DNA of 64,000 bases, taken from NCBI GenBank assembly GCA_973895155.1, contig OZ316899.1, forward strand, positions 11,781,775-11,845,774, given 5' to 3'. The stretch is from Marsupella aquatica. Lineage: Eukaryota; Plantae; Marchantiophyta. The notes under the pieces were generated by a model that saw nothing but the letters and a program-made list of their open reading frames with translations, made no database searches and was not told the origin of the DNA. Positions 12,583 through 24,589 of the stretch are shown here, in pieces (positions within the stretch are counted from its first letter, which is position 1; each line of letters starts with the position of its first letter). The position numbers and the translations under genes were made by a program.

Positions 12583-13032
12583 ATGGTGAGCACCCGCAAT
12601 GCTGAACATGTGCGGCTTGCACGCAAGGCAGAGAGGTTGCGCCTTGAGTATGTGAGACTTGGGATCCTTCCTGCCCAGTCTGCATGGTACTTTGAGTACC
12701 CTATTGTTGCCAGGAATAACTACAGTCGGCCTGTACCTGCTTCTCTACCCTTCCCAACATCCTTGGTATTTCTATCTCTTGTACATGACCCGCCACAAAT
12801 TAGGGCCCAAGGGTGTGTACACAGCTGCCAATATGACTGTCCTGCCTGTCAGGCTTCTGGCCCAGAGTTGAATGACCGTTCTCTTGGGTGTCGATTTTTG
12901 CATAGAGCACAATGTATCATCTGGAACCACTCGCCATCCTGCAGTGTGCCTGGCGATGTCACTTGTCCTGGCCTCCCAGACCCCACCACCGGTGCGTTTG
13001 GTGTCTACACATGTTTGGATCACACACTGTAG
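12583..13032 (+). CDS. Cys/His-rich small protein of unknown function (possible CACTA cargo)
   Basis: 149-aa ATG-started ORF with basic N-terminus and CVHSCQYDCPAC..C..H..C..H..C..C..C..H; same strand as the other cargo. No recognised family. Confidence 0.35.
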   Translation: MVSTRNAEHVRLARKAERLRLEYVRLGILPAQSAWYFEYPIVARNNYSRPVPASLPFPTSLVFLSLVHDPPQIRAQGCVHSCQYDCPACQASGPELNDRSLGCRFLHRAQCIIWNHSPSCSVPGDVTCPGLPDPTTGAFGVYTCLDHTL

Positions 13033-13782
13033 AGGAGCACTTGTCACACCGTATGCACAGACCAGAGTGCAATGACCTATAACTTAATGCTCTGACTTAA
13101 GCACCGCGGATAATTATTTAAAATTTTGAAGTTTGAGCAATTTTGGGTGCAGGGTTTAGGATCCATAGTATATAACTTATCCTAATTTGGCTGCACTAAG
13201 TGGAATATCCTAATGTAAGAATTAAGCAAGCTCTCTTTAAATTCTCCAATGAAAGACTGCTTGAATGACTGCTTTAACTTGGCCAACATTGTAACATTAT
13301 ATGACAGAATTAATGGGCCATGTCATAACCTGCAAACATCCCATACAGTCACGTATTCAAACTTATTTGTCTCACTATCATAGCCTATATAGGATGTATA
13401 AAGTACAACCCTCATCACACTACTTGATCCCAATCTTGTTGGAAAAACGCCTGTTTTTCATGTGATGACTATTGTATGTGATTCAAATGCATGAAATGTT
13501 GTTGCAGATCTTTTTTGGTGAATCATAGCCACGAAATTGAGTTGCTGGTGGAGCAATTGTACTAGGAGATCAGTTTTGTGTGTGGGCTCAACATACCAAA
13601 AGTATGTCTGCCCTGCATCCTTGTGTGGCCATTGCAATTCATTGCAGTATAAGTTATCGTTGTACCTTAAATGCTAAATTTTACTTTCTGTGAAGTCTGC
13701 TAGAATATATTGTCTGTAAAGTCTGCCAAAATGTATTGCCTGTATTGTCTACTTAATTGTACTGTCTGTCTCATGTGTAGGC

Positions 13783-14463
13783 ATGGCACGCCCCAAAATT
13801 CCAGCGAAAAAGCGTGTGATAGAGGTGAGCAACACAGGTGTACCTGGGCCACACGTTACTAACTTCTCTGCAAGTCAGATTTTCCAGAAGGCAGCTCATT
13901 GTTGTGCCATTTGTGACGATGGTGGGAGCTTGGTCATCTGTGAGGGCCCTTGCATGAGGCATTTCCACCTCAACCCGGAGTCTCACCTTGCTGCAGAAAA
14001 CAATTGTCCAGGGGTGGGCCTCCCGTCAACACACCAGGGAGACTGGATGTGCACTGATTGTTTGGAGAAGCAAGCTAAGTGTGCATAGTGTGGGAAGTTG
14101 GGGTCCTATGAGGGCTCTGTTGATGCTGCACCGGATGTTAGGAAATGTCCAGACCGTTTTTGTGTGAGGTTTTTCTGTTTTGAGTGTTTGCCTGCTCATG
14201 CCACAGCTTGCCCACTTCATAGGTGCAAGGCATGTGGTGAGCATGATGATGAGTACTGGGCTGACATAGTCCACTGTGCTAGGTGTCCCACTATGTGGCA
14301 CTATCATTGCTTGAAAGATCGTCAAGCATAGGGTTATGCTTGTGACAGAGAAATCTATGATCACTCTGCACATGGTGTTGATCGATGGATATTTTATTGT
14401 CATCGCCATGCCATTGATCCTACCTCGCGCACTCCTGTGAGAGATCACATATCTTGGCTATGA
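13783..14463 (+). pseudogene. EDM2-like PHD-finger cassette protein (stand-alone), two in-frame TAG stops (14086, 14329)
   Basis: Read-through gives CAICDDGGSLVICEGPCMRHFH..C..WMCTDC..KCA*CGK..CPDRFC..CPLHRCKAC..HCARCPTMWHYHCL..FYCHRHAIDPTSRTPVRDHISWL, collinear with the intact 44462-45184 ORF. Confidence 0.85.
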
Positions 14464-15059
14464 AGCTGAACATTGTACATGCACAGGGCACCTGATGTGG
14501 GTGTACTATTTTTGGGGGATTGCAGAGATTCCAATTTTGAAAAGGAGTTGGGTAGGCAAGTTTGTATAGGCAGCACTTATCCTATGCTATAGCGTTAGTG
14601 GCTGGGTACATGCCTATAAAAACTTATCCTAACAAGCCTTCTTGGAAGTATTTAGGCTGAGTGGTCATTTTCACAAACACTCTCATCAGACTGCTAAATT
14701 AAAACAGGACTTCAAAGTTGTAAGCATATAAATTATCAGGCATGCAATTAATCAAATTGCCCTATAAGTTTGTCATTGAATGTATCCTCCTTTACAACAA
14801 AATATGTATGTGCGGCCATGACAAGTTGGTTGCACTTCATTTCACCTTTGATATGGATTTCCTGGTATATACTCAAACAATGTCCTGCATCGGTGTAGGT
14901 GCCTAGTACTTATTGTTCACATATCCCCTGTACCTATCAAAATTGGACTTGAGCAACAGTGGACCGGATCAACTTAAAAAGCAGGAATTTTGGTGTCCTT
15001 CTATTGGCAGGTGAACCCACTCTTCCAATATTCACTCTGATCACGTAGGGTGTGTGTAC

Positions 15060-15932
15060 ATGGAGCCTGGGAAACGTAGAAAGTGTGACCACCCAGCAGT
15101 GTTTACAGGGGTCAGAGCCATTTTGGTCCATGGCCAGCATGGGTTGACCAAAGTGCATTGGCCAACTGTACAGAAACGATTCTCTGAGCTCCATGGCACT
15201 GTAGTGCAGGACATCACTCCAGAGACTACACATGTTGTTGCAGGGACATGGCTATCAGTGATAAAGAAATGGTCATGGTCCTACATGAATTCTGCAATTA
15301 CTGAGCGAGGCCTAAAAGTAGTTGAGGCCTCTTGGATCACAGATTCCATAGCACATCAGATTGTACAGGATACTGAGCAATATGAACTGTGGGAGGATGA
15401 AGAAGCTACTGCATCAGCTTGGGCTGAACAAGAAGTCTGGGAAGCAAAGGCACGGCTTGCTGATGTCCAATATGGACCTGTACTCAACAAAGGACAAAGC
15501 TCAAGAAGGCTGAAGAGTATGTTGGCTGAGGAGATGAAGCAACCAACCCCCATTCTGAAAAGGCTGAGCATGGTTTTTGTGGAGGCGGGAATTGGAGAGG
15601 TTAAGTGCAAAGTGTACAAGTCCACAGTGCTTGACCTAGGTGGGACAGTGGAGGAGAATATAACAGAGGACACCACTCATGTCATTACTAAGTCATATCC
15701 CAAAGCCTGCCGCAAGTTTGGGAAGGGTGACATTCGCTTTTATGTCATGTCCCATAATGTGTTTATGGTTTCATATGCTTGGCTTGTGGAATCAGTAGCA
15801 GCTGGGAAGCGTCAAAACCCAATGGACTATGATCTTTTTGAGGCCTGGCCACGGAAGGGTCAGGATCCTCACAGTGAAAACTATGTGACAACAAGTGAGG
15901 AAGAGGTTATTAGCGATTCTGAATCAGAGTGA
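15060..15932 (+). CDS. Tandem BRCT-domain protein (Pol lambda-like BRCTs), acidic tail
   Basis: Two repeats with BRCT hallmarks: VFTGV..HGTVVQDITPETTHVV..SWITDSI..YEL and LGGTVEENITEDTTHVI..AWLVESV..YDL. Open frame. Confidence 0.85.
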   Translation: MEPGKRRKCDHPAVFTGVRAILVHGQHGLTKVHWPTVQKRFSELHGTVVQDITPETTHVVAGTWLSVIKKWSWSYMNSAITERGLKVVEASWITDSIAHQIVQDTEQYELWEDEEATASAWAEQEVWEAKARLADVQYGPVLNKGQSSRRLKSMLAEEMKQPTPILKRLSMVFVEAGIGEVKCKVYKSTVLDLGGTVEENITEDTTHVITKSYPKACRKFGKGDIRFYVMSHNVFMVSYAWLVESVAAGKRQNPMDYDLFEAWPRKGQDPHSENYVTTSEEEVISDSESE

Positions 15933-16023
15933 GGAGTACGTAGTAGCATCAGTTTTGAGACAAGCTTTGTGTACAAATCACATCTTTGAAATAAATGTGA
16001 TATTTGAACTAACGTAGCTTGTT

Positions 16024-16626
16024 ATGGTTGGTCGCAGTTGGACTTATTTTACTGTTGGCGGATTGTGGTTTCTTGCTGGGCCTGGGGGTGTCACTGTAAA
16101 CTTACTGGGTGGGCTCAAATCTTGGCGGCAAACTTTGGTGGGTATGTTGCCTTTCCTACATCAACAGGTGCTATGTAGGCTCCTCCTCCGGGTTGCCACA
16201 TGGCTGGCCACTGTTTGGACTCTCCTGCATGGGTTGGTGTTGAAACATATTTCAACACCGCCTGAGGATGCAAGAGACGATGAATCTTATTTTTCAGCAG
16301 ATGAAATTGAAGAGCAGAATGTTGTGGGGACTTCCTTGTTGCCTGGTTTGCCAGATGATATAATGCTGTCGGATGTGTGGCCCAGAATTCTTCAGTGGTC
16401 AACCGCACAAGACATTTGCAAATATAGACTAATTAGCACACAATGGAGGGACTTGGTAGCTAGCTCCCCCCAGTGGAGGGCATTAGAACCACTTCTTGTA
16501 GGCACAGATCGAACCCCACCCTGGTATGCCCAGGGCATACTCCTTGATGACCTGATGTACATGCCAGTGTACCTCAGGTGTGACTACCATCAAGAACAGG
16601 GTGGGTATCCAGATGAACTCTGGTAA
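16024..16626 (+). CDS. F-box-motif protein with hydrophobic N-terminus
   Basis: LLPGLPDDIMLSDVWPRILQW..ICKYRLISTQWRDLV matches the F-box consensus. The C-terminus may be truncated. Confidence 0.65.
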   Translation: MVGRSWTYFTVGGLWFLAGPGGVTVNLLGGLKSWRQTLVGMLPFLHQQVLCRLLLRVATWLATVWTLLHGLVLKHISTPPEDARDDESYFSADEIEEQNVVGTSLLPGLPDDIMLSDVWPRILQWSTAQDICKYRLISTQWRDLVASSPQWRALEPLLVGTDRTPPWYAQGILLDDLMYMPVYLRCDYHQEQGGYPDELW

Positions 16627-17013
16627 TAATGTGAGGAGATCTCATACTGCTCTCACACCAGGCACGTTTGTCTATGACTATAGGTGATTGGACTCTGATA
16701 TGGTCATGGATGTACGTGCTTGGTTGGCCATTGCAGACTGAGGCAGTATAAGTGAGGACAGCGAAGGAGGTGACACCCTGAGACAGTTAGGAATTTTGTT
16801 ACAGTGTGACCTGAGAATAGGTACACGATTCACGAAACTTTCTTGTTTTTGTTGGTGGTTGTAGAAAGTCTATGCATGATTTATTACACTGTATCATGTC
16901 ATATGTTTTGGTAGATAGTGTGAACATCGGAACACAACTAAACAAGAAATGTATTTTCCACTTTCATAATGAAATGACAATTAAATCTGAGTGCCTGTGT
17001 TCTGAACTCTAAG

Positions 17014-20000
17014 ATGGAGTCTAGAAGAGTGTCTGTAGGTCACCCTCCCCCTTGGACCCATCCAACATCTGCCAGGTTGCCTCTACATCATCCAATGAGG
17101 GTTTCCCAACACGACCAGAAGCTCTGGAATCGGGAACAGGCCAAAGTGGCACGGTCAGGTCCAAGTTCACGAATGAGATGTCCTTGCACTCAATGCAATG
17201 GCTCCCACACCAGAGTCTTGAGGCAGATTCATGGGCACTTGGCAATTCATGGGAGACACCCTCGTTGGCGTGTTACAAACGATCCGAATGAGGCTGATTC
17301 TTCAGATGAGGAATGGAGGGCTGACTTTGAGAATGCAAATAGTGCAAGGCGAGACCAGTTCTTCACTGGTGGGTTGGCAGATGTGATGACTCAACTGGGT
17401 GGGTCTGAAGTCCTTCAGCAGCCTGCAGACGAAGGGATCAATGTTCAGCAAATGGTGCAGGATATGGATGCAATGCGGGAGGACATGGAAGATGCAGAAG
17501 AGTTTGAGACCGCACCGGGTGATGACCACGAGTCTTCAGATGAGTTTGAGATTGGGCAACAGGCTACAGCTGGAGAGGACACCATGTTTGGCTCCCCAAC
17601 CGAAGTTCAGGAGGCCTTCAATCCGCTGTTCCCAGGAAGCAAGTGTTCCAAATTAGCATTTGTGCTAATGTTTCTGAATATTTGTGGGAACCACAATGTG
17701 CCAAACATCTTTGTGTCCGAGGTTCTGGCCTTCTTGCAGAAAATAGTGCTACCAGGAGGTAATCTAGTGCCAAAAAACATGTACGAGGCAAAGAGACTGA
17801 TATCAAAACTTGGGCTGAACTATGAGTCAATACATGTCTGTCTTGATGGGCATGTTCTTTTCAGAAACGAACATCAGAAGAAGTTGACATGCCCTACATG
17901 TGGGAAGCACAGGTACTGGAACAATGGGAAGTCCAAGCAACCTGCAAAAGTACTCCGTCACTTTCCTATAATTCCCAGACTACAGCGAATGTTCAGGAGC
18001 CGTGCCATATCAGAGTTGATGACATGGACAGCTAAGAACAAAAGTCGAGATGGGCTACAACGCCATGCTGGAGATTCAAAGCAATGGAAGTTGATTGATG
18101 ATGTGTATCCTGAGTTTGCTAGGGAGACAAGGAATGTTAGGCTTGGGTTATCATTGGATGGGGTGAACCCATTTGGTGAGAAGAACAATGCGTACTCTTG
18201 TTGGCCTGTAACCCTTTTGAATTACAACCTTCCCCCATGGTTGACTACAAAGCGGTTCTTTGTAATGTTGGCATTGTTGATTCCAGGGCCAGACAGTGCT
18301 GTTGCAGCCAATATAGATGTCTATCTTGCTCCTCTAGTAGAGGAACTGAGAAAGCTATGGTACACTGGAGTGCTCACATATGATATGCTGCAGAGGATTG
18401 GTGAAGCCAATCCATTCTTGCTTAGAGCTATTGTAATGTTGACTATTGCAGATTACCCTGCCCATAGCATGATTGCAGGCCAGGTTGGGAAAGGATATTT
18501 AGCTTGCACAAGATGTGGCCCCCATGTGACAAGTGACTATTCAAAGTCCTTGCAGTGTATCAAATACCTTGGTCACCGTCGATTTCTGCCCTCTGATCAC
18601 CCCTACAGATGTAGACCCAATCTTATAGCACATTTTAACAAGCGCACGGAGCTCCGCAGTCCCCCACCTCGAGTGAAGAAGGAGCAAATAAGTTCTTGGG
18701 GGGCTGCCAAGGCACAGTATGATGCAGATGGAGGAGCAGAGGATGGAGTACGAGATCCTGCAAGGTTGTATGGTGTGAAACGACAGTCCATTTTGGACTT
18801 GCAGTTGGAGTATTGGCGAGTAATCTCCTCTCCCCAACAACCCATATATGTGATTCAGTCAATTTAGTTGTTAGATTGTATGAAGTAGTATGTATGTATT
18901 ATGAAGATTGAGATTTGCTCACTGCTTGATGTTTTGGAGTTGCAGGAGTTTGATCCAAACAAACATAATATTGATGTTATGCACATAGAGAAGAACATAT
19001 GCGAGAGTCTACTCCGATTTTTGAGTGGAGAAAAGGACACGGGCTCTGTACGTATGGATCTACAGGACAGGGGAATTCGACCCCACCTTTGGCTTACAAC
19101 ACACCAGAGCAGGGCAAATGTGTTTTTGAAGTACCAAGCACCATATTGTTGCACAGACACAGAGTGGCAGACCTTCTTATCAAGGCTGAGTTCACTCCGA
19201 GCTCCTACAGATTATGCTAGTGCATTCAAGAGGCATGTGAAGGATAACAAATTCCAATTTGGTAGAATGAAAACCCATGACTACCATGTCATGATGCAAC
19301 AAGTCCTGCCATTGTGCCTGAGGGGCCTCATGCAAGAGCCTGTGCGTAAAGTTATACTGCGTCTGAGTGATGTGTTCCGCAGAGTTTGTGTGAAGGTGTG
19401 GGATGCTGCACAGTTTCCCCAATTGAAGAAAGATGTGGCACTATTGTTGTGTGATCTTGAAATATATTTCCCACCTGCATTCTTTGATGTAATGACTCAT
19501 CTGCTCATCCATGTCGTGGAAGAAATAGACTAGTACGGGCCGGTGACAGCACGCTGGTTGTACCCCCTGGAGCGGTACATGAAGTTGATGAAGGGTCATG
19601 TGCGATCTTACTATAGGCCAAAGGCAAGTATGGCTCGGGGTTATATAAAAGATGAAACTCTGGGCTACATCACAGAGTACCTAGCAGATTACGAGCATGT
19701 GACAAGGCGAGTATGGAATTCTGATGAAGAAGAAGGGGTGTCTGGGGAAGTCCTACAAGGTGCTGCAACCACAGTGAAGTTGACCATCGAAATTAGAGAC
19801 TTGGCTCATCAATACGTTCTAGAAAACACTGATGCAATGCAACCCTGGCTGGAGTGAGTACCTACTTTGGTCTCCCTGTATGTAACTTGTTTTCAATTTT
19901 CTTTGCTACCCTTGGTTTCTAAATTTCAGACATGTATAAAATGTGTACTCTGATTGCTAAATCCATGCACTTGTATGTGTAGAGAGTACGAGGCACAAAA

Positions 20001-20889
20001 GGCTATTCAATCAAGCACGTCTGCCACATTCCCATGCATGTCAGAATGGCTGAGATGCACAGTTCGAGAGCATCATGCAAGCCATCCTAATATGGATGCA
20101 GATGTCTATCTCCTGTCCAATCCTCCATGGTTGCTGGTAAAGTCTTACAAACGGATGGCAGCATATGGCAATCACTATAGAGTGAGAGATGAAACAACTT
20201 CTTCCAGGGTAACATATGATTGCGGGCTCATTTGTGTATTTCAGCATGAGAGCCCTGATGAAAGTAGAGGAGTGTTGCAGATGGGGTATGTAGGAGAACT
20301 AAGTGATATCTGGCTTCTTGACTATGGAGCCACATCCACTCCTGTAATTTTGATGAAGGGTGAATGGGTAAGACAAGTGTGGCGTGGTAACAGGGCCAGT
20401 ATGAAAAGAGACCGGGATGGCTTTCTGCTTGCCAATTTCAAGTCCAAGTTGCCCGAATGGGAGCAGCCTTTTGTGTATCCCAGTCAGGTGGAGCAGGCCT
20501 TCTTCTTGGATGTGGAAGAGAACCCAGGTTGGAGGGTAGTGTGTCATAAGCAGCCCAAAAATCGTAGGGTAGAAGGGTCAAAGCTAGAGTTCCATTTAGA
20601 TAGACATAGTGCATTTGAACAACCACGTACTGGAGACGTTGGTACTGTTCAGACAAGCACAGAGTATGTTCCTCTAACACGGGTGGATGCTTGGGAGGGT
20701 GAGGAGCCATTTGTAGAGGCTGAGCCTGACACCATGCGTATGCAATAATGTTTGTCATTGAATAGGATGGAAGAAGATGATGATGAGATGAGTGAGTCTG
20801 AAAAGCAAGCCATGATACGTGCAGCATATGTTGATGAGAGGCTGGCAGCTTTGGGAGCTGAGCTCAGACAGGGATTTTCCGCTTTGTAA
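17014..20889 (+). pseudogene. CACTA TnpD/Tnp2 transposase; exons ~17014-18819, 18946-19853, 19983-20889; premature stops at 19531 and probably 20746
   Basis: Motifs CPCTQC, RHFPIIPRLQRMF, RNVRLGLSLDGVNPF, YNLPPW, IDVMHIEKN, MKTHDYH, PPAFFDVMTHL, WLYPLERYM and PFVYPSQVEQAFF. GT-AG introns keep the frame. Confidence 0.92.
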
Positions 20890-20999
20890 GGGAACAATTA
20901 TCATCCACAGAACCTATCCAGACTTTGCTCATTAATTGGAATGAATGTAGCTATGTTTACTAGAGTTGTTCAATGGATGTTGCTTTTGGATGGCATGCA

Positions 21000-23900
21000 G
21001 GCTCCCAGACAGGAGAAGTGTAGTGCAGAAAAGGGCTAGGCAAAGCATCAGTGACAGTGCAAGTGGACCTCGGCGATGCAGTGAGAGACTAGCAGTGAAG
21101 GACATTCCATCGATGGCAGATTTTGCAGATGATGGGCAAGATGTTGGGTCCGGTGAAAACCATAAGGAATTTGATGATGTAGAGTACTATCCAGAGGAGG
21201 AGCCCGATGCAGATGATGAAGAATATGTGCAGGGCAAGCATAATGTCGTGGAGCCCAACAAAATTGTGGTAATGAAGTGTTGAAGTAGTGTATCACAGTA
21301 GTGATATGTTTGGCTCATGTGAGTGTGGCAAGTCAAAGGAAGATACTTCTTTTAGGTTTATTGTCCTTGCACATATGTTCTTGCAGGCTAAGAGAGGTGG
21401 ACTTGCTGCTCGGGGTATGGGCCGTGGGCATAGTACAACAACATCTGGAGGGCGAAGCACAGTGCATTACATTGCACGTGGGTCCGGACCAATGGGGCGT
21501 GCTGGGCACATACCACCTCCACCTCCAGGTAAAACCCAACAGAGCAGTGGGTATGGAACAACAACTGTTGGTGTAGGTGGTCACACTGTTGTGTATGGAG
21601 CTGCAACACATGGTGGGCACATCCCACCCTCCTTTGCAAGTAGAGCAACAACACATACCCACAACACAGGTACAGGTCAGGTTAGAGCAACCCCACGCAG
21701 CGAGGGGTACACTATGGTGTATGGCGCACCACCAACACACAGTGCACCCTCTCAGGGGAGAGCAGCCCCACAAGTGGATGGGTATGGGCCACCACCACCT
21801 ACTGGGCACACTGTTGTGTATGTTACGGGTCCACCACCACCACACATTACACGGGGCCAAGGTAGACCAACACAACATACTGAGCAGTATGGAGCAACAG
21901 GAGACAATTGGAGATGTGAGTAGAGATTGCCCTTCAATTCTGGCATATATGTAAATTACTTTGGAAATATATAAAGGGTATGCTAGTGTGATGTTAAAGA
22001 CCTAATTAAAGTGCTGAATTATGTGACTGCAGATTCTGTCCATCCTGATTGGGGAGTAACTGACAAGGAGGTTTACTATGAACCTGAAGTAGAGGCAGGA
22101 CAAGGGACAACTGTAGCCTATGGTTCTGAGCAATGGCCAGAGCCTGATTGGTTGGCTGGTGGGGAAGATGTACAGGTAGTTGAGCCTGCCTCTTATCCAC
22201 AGAGTGTCGGCAAAGCATCTGGTAAGTTGGTCACATGGCTCGGAGATGGGCATTCTGTGAAGATGGTCACATTGCAAGTTAGATTGCAATTGGTATCCAC
22301 TATTTGACATATACAAAGGTATTGATGTTACTATTGTATGATGTCACATGGATGTGGGATGATGTAGGGGGCATTAGAAGTCCACTAAAGGGTAGTACAA
22401 AAGTTCCAGCGAATCCTAAACCTGTCACACCAAGTAGTACCACAGAAAGCAATGCAGGACCTGATAGAACCAAGAAAGGAGTAGTGGACATTGGGAGCAA
22501 CCATTGGGTGAACAGTGCATGTGCAGGGAAGAATCGTTGGTTGGCTGACTTGAAAGGTGAAATATTGCGATGGCTGGATTTGAGTGTGGTGAATTTTGTG
22601 CAGCAGCATCCAGCGGATTGGCAACAAGTTGTTGACAATGTAACCGCAAAATGGAAATATGTGGGCCATCCGGATGGAGTAGCCATGGAGTGTCTTCAGG
22701 CTCATGCGAAGACAATTCTGAAGAATGAGAGGTGGAGATTGCACGTATTGTTTCAAGAAGGTGGAGAGGACCAAAGAATGCCTGCTCCCCCATTGACAGA
22801 TCCTCTTCAATGGAGCAAGCTAGTCCATCACTTCTTGAGTGAATCCGGCAAGAGTAAGAGTTCCCAGATGGCATATGCACGTGGCAACGTTCAGAACCTT
22901 AACTTGACAGGAAGGAAAGGGAATGCTCCGATAGTAGAGCAGCTGGTAAGAATAATCGTTGGATTGGCAGACCTAGCTTCTACAATGTATTTGAGTTTTT
23001 TTGTGTCCGAGCAAATAATGTGTGAAAATATGATGTATGCAGAAGGCACAAAATGGACAGTCCCCTACAAAAGAAGAGGTGAGAGCTGAAGCAAGAAAAC
23101 AGAAGCAAAAATCTGGCCAGAGTGATCCTTCAAACCAAGTGAGTACTCATACCAGATAGTGTTCTTTGAGGTCCACATTCCCTAGTTTGCATGAACAATG
23201 GGACCATATATTATTTACCAGGTGTAATGGATTGACTCTGTTGGACATATGTGTTTGCAGGGAGGTGGATCATGTTCTCTTAGCAATTTATCAGATCGTG
23301 TGAAATGTATGGAGTCTCATGAGAATGATGTGACCGTGAAATTGAGTGAAATGGCAAGTGAGTTGACTGCTTTAAAGGAAGATGTTCAGAAGCTTATTCG
23401 TGTGCAAGAAGACCAATACAAATGTATAATGAATGCAATATGGAATGGAGGTTCTAGAGACCTGCCACATTACTCCAATTTGATGAATCCAGAGGGTAAC
23501 ATTGAACAGCAAATGGAGGTGGAGCCCATAGAAAGGGATGTGGAGGGTACCATGGCCCCAGCAATGGAAGGTGAGGTTTCTCATCATGTTTCCATGATTG
23601 GAGATGAGGCAAAAAATGTGTTTTGTTATATGTTTCCATGATTGGAGATAAGGCAAAAATGCTGATAGGCTGTTGACTTGCTATTTTGTTATTGCAGAGG
23701 TTACCAATGTACTGAATACCCCCAGTTTGGATTCATATGAAGAGTTCATAGAAGTTGCCAAAGCCGGTGAGAATGGATGCAAAACGGAAGGCCAGGTGGA
23801 GACCCAAATTCCATCACAGCCAGGTGACATACAAGGTGTGACCACAGACGGTGGAGTAGAAGTAGAGCTTTCAGCTGCTGGGAGACCTATTCGGAAGGTG

Positions 23901-24248
23901 AAGAGTCGGGCCAGGGCAAGTGGTAGAGTGGCAGCGGCAAAGAAGCGTAAAGCTGATGCAGAATTGAAAACTCAGGCACATCCTGAGTATGTATTGTTCT
24001 CACCACAGCAAAATGAGTTGTGTGTAGGGTATGGAAAATTGCGCCCTGAGCAGATTACATTCCATTGCAAAGAAGTACCAACAGGGTATTCTGTAGTGTT
24101 GTTGACAAAGCTTGTGAAGCCAAAGACCCCTTTACCAGTTCCTAATTTGAATGATGACCCGCCACAGACAATTATTGCAGATGCTCTGAACTCTTTGGTG
24201 TTGTGGCCAACAGATTACATAGGGACACCTGAAATGTGTGGTTTGTAG
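21000..24248 (+). CDS. Multi-exon TnpA-like second CACTA gene
   Basis: Exon-like ORFs: 22304-23089 (QWSKLVHHFLSE..KSSQMAYARG, Ptta/En-Spm-like), coiled coil at 23260-23450, and 23673-24248 (VGYG..FHCKEVPTGYSVV..PLPVP..LVLWP). Exon boundaries were not fully resolved. Confidence 0.7.
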
Positions 24249-24589
24249 TTTTAGCCTAAACTTAGAAACAACTGCATGATTGGTGCCAAATGTTACCTAG
24301 ATATTTCATAATGCAGAGTTGAATTGAGATTCACTGGATCATTCACTGGATCATCCACTGTTTGTATGAAATTATGCATGTATGTTCAATAGTTAATATG
24401 AGTTCTAAGATTCGAATAGAACTATGTTGTCTCTCATGTTTTCATGTAAGACTTGTGTACTTGTATGCTTGAGTGCTTGAATGTATGTTTGTATGCTTGA
24501 GTTGACTATTAGTCATGTTTCTAGTGCTATGTGCAGGCTGCAATTGCCTTAGGTCGAGTCTAAATTTTGACCAAAAGGGTCAAAGAATG

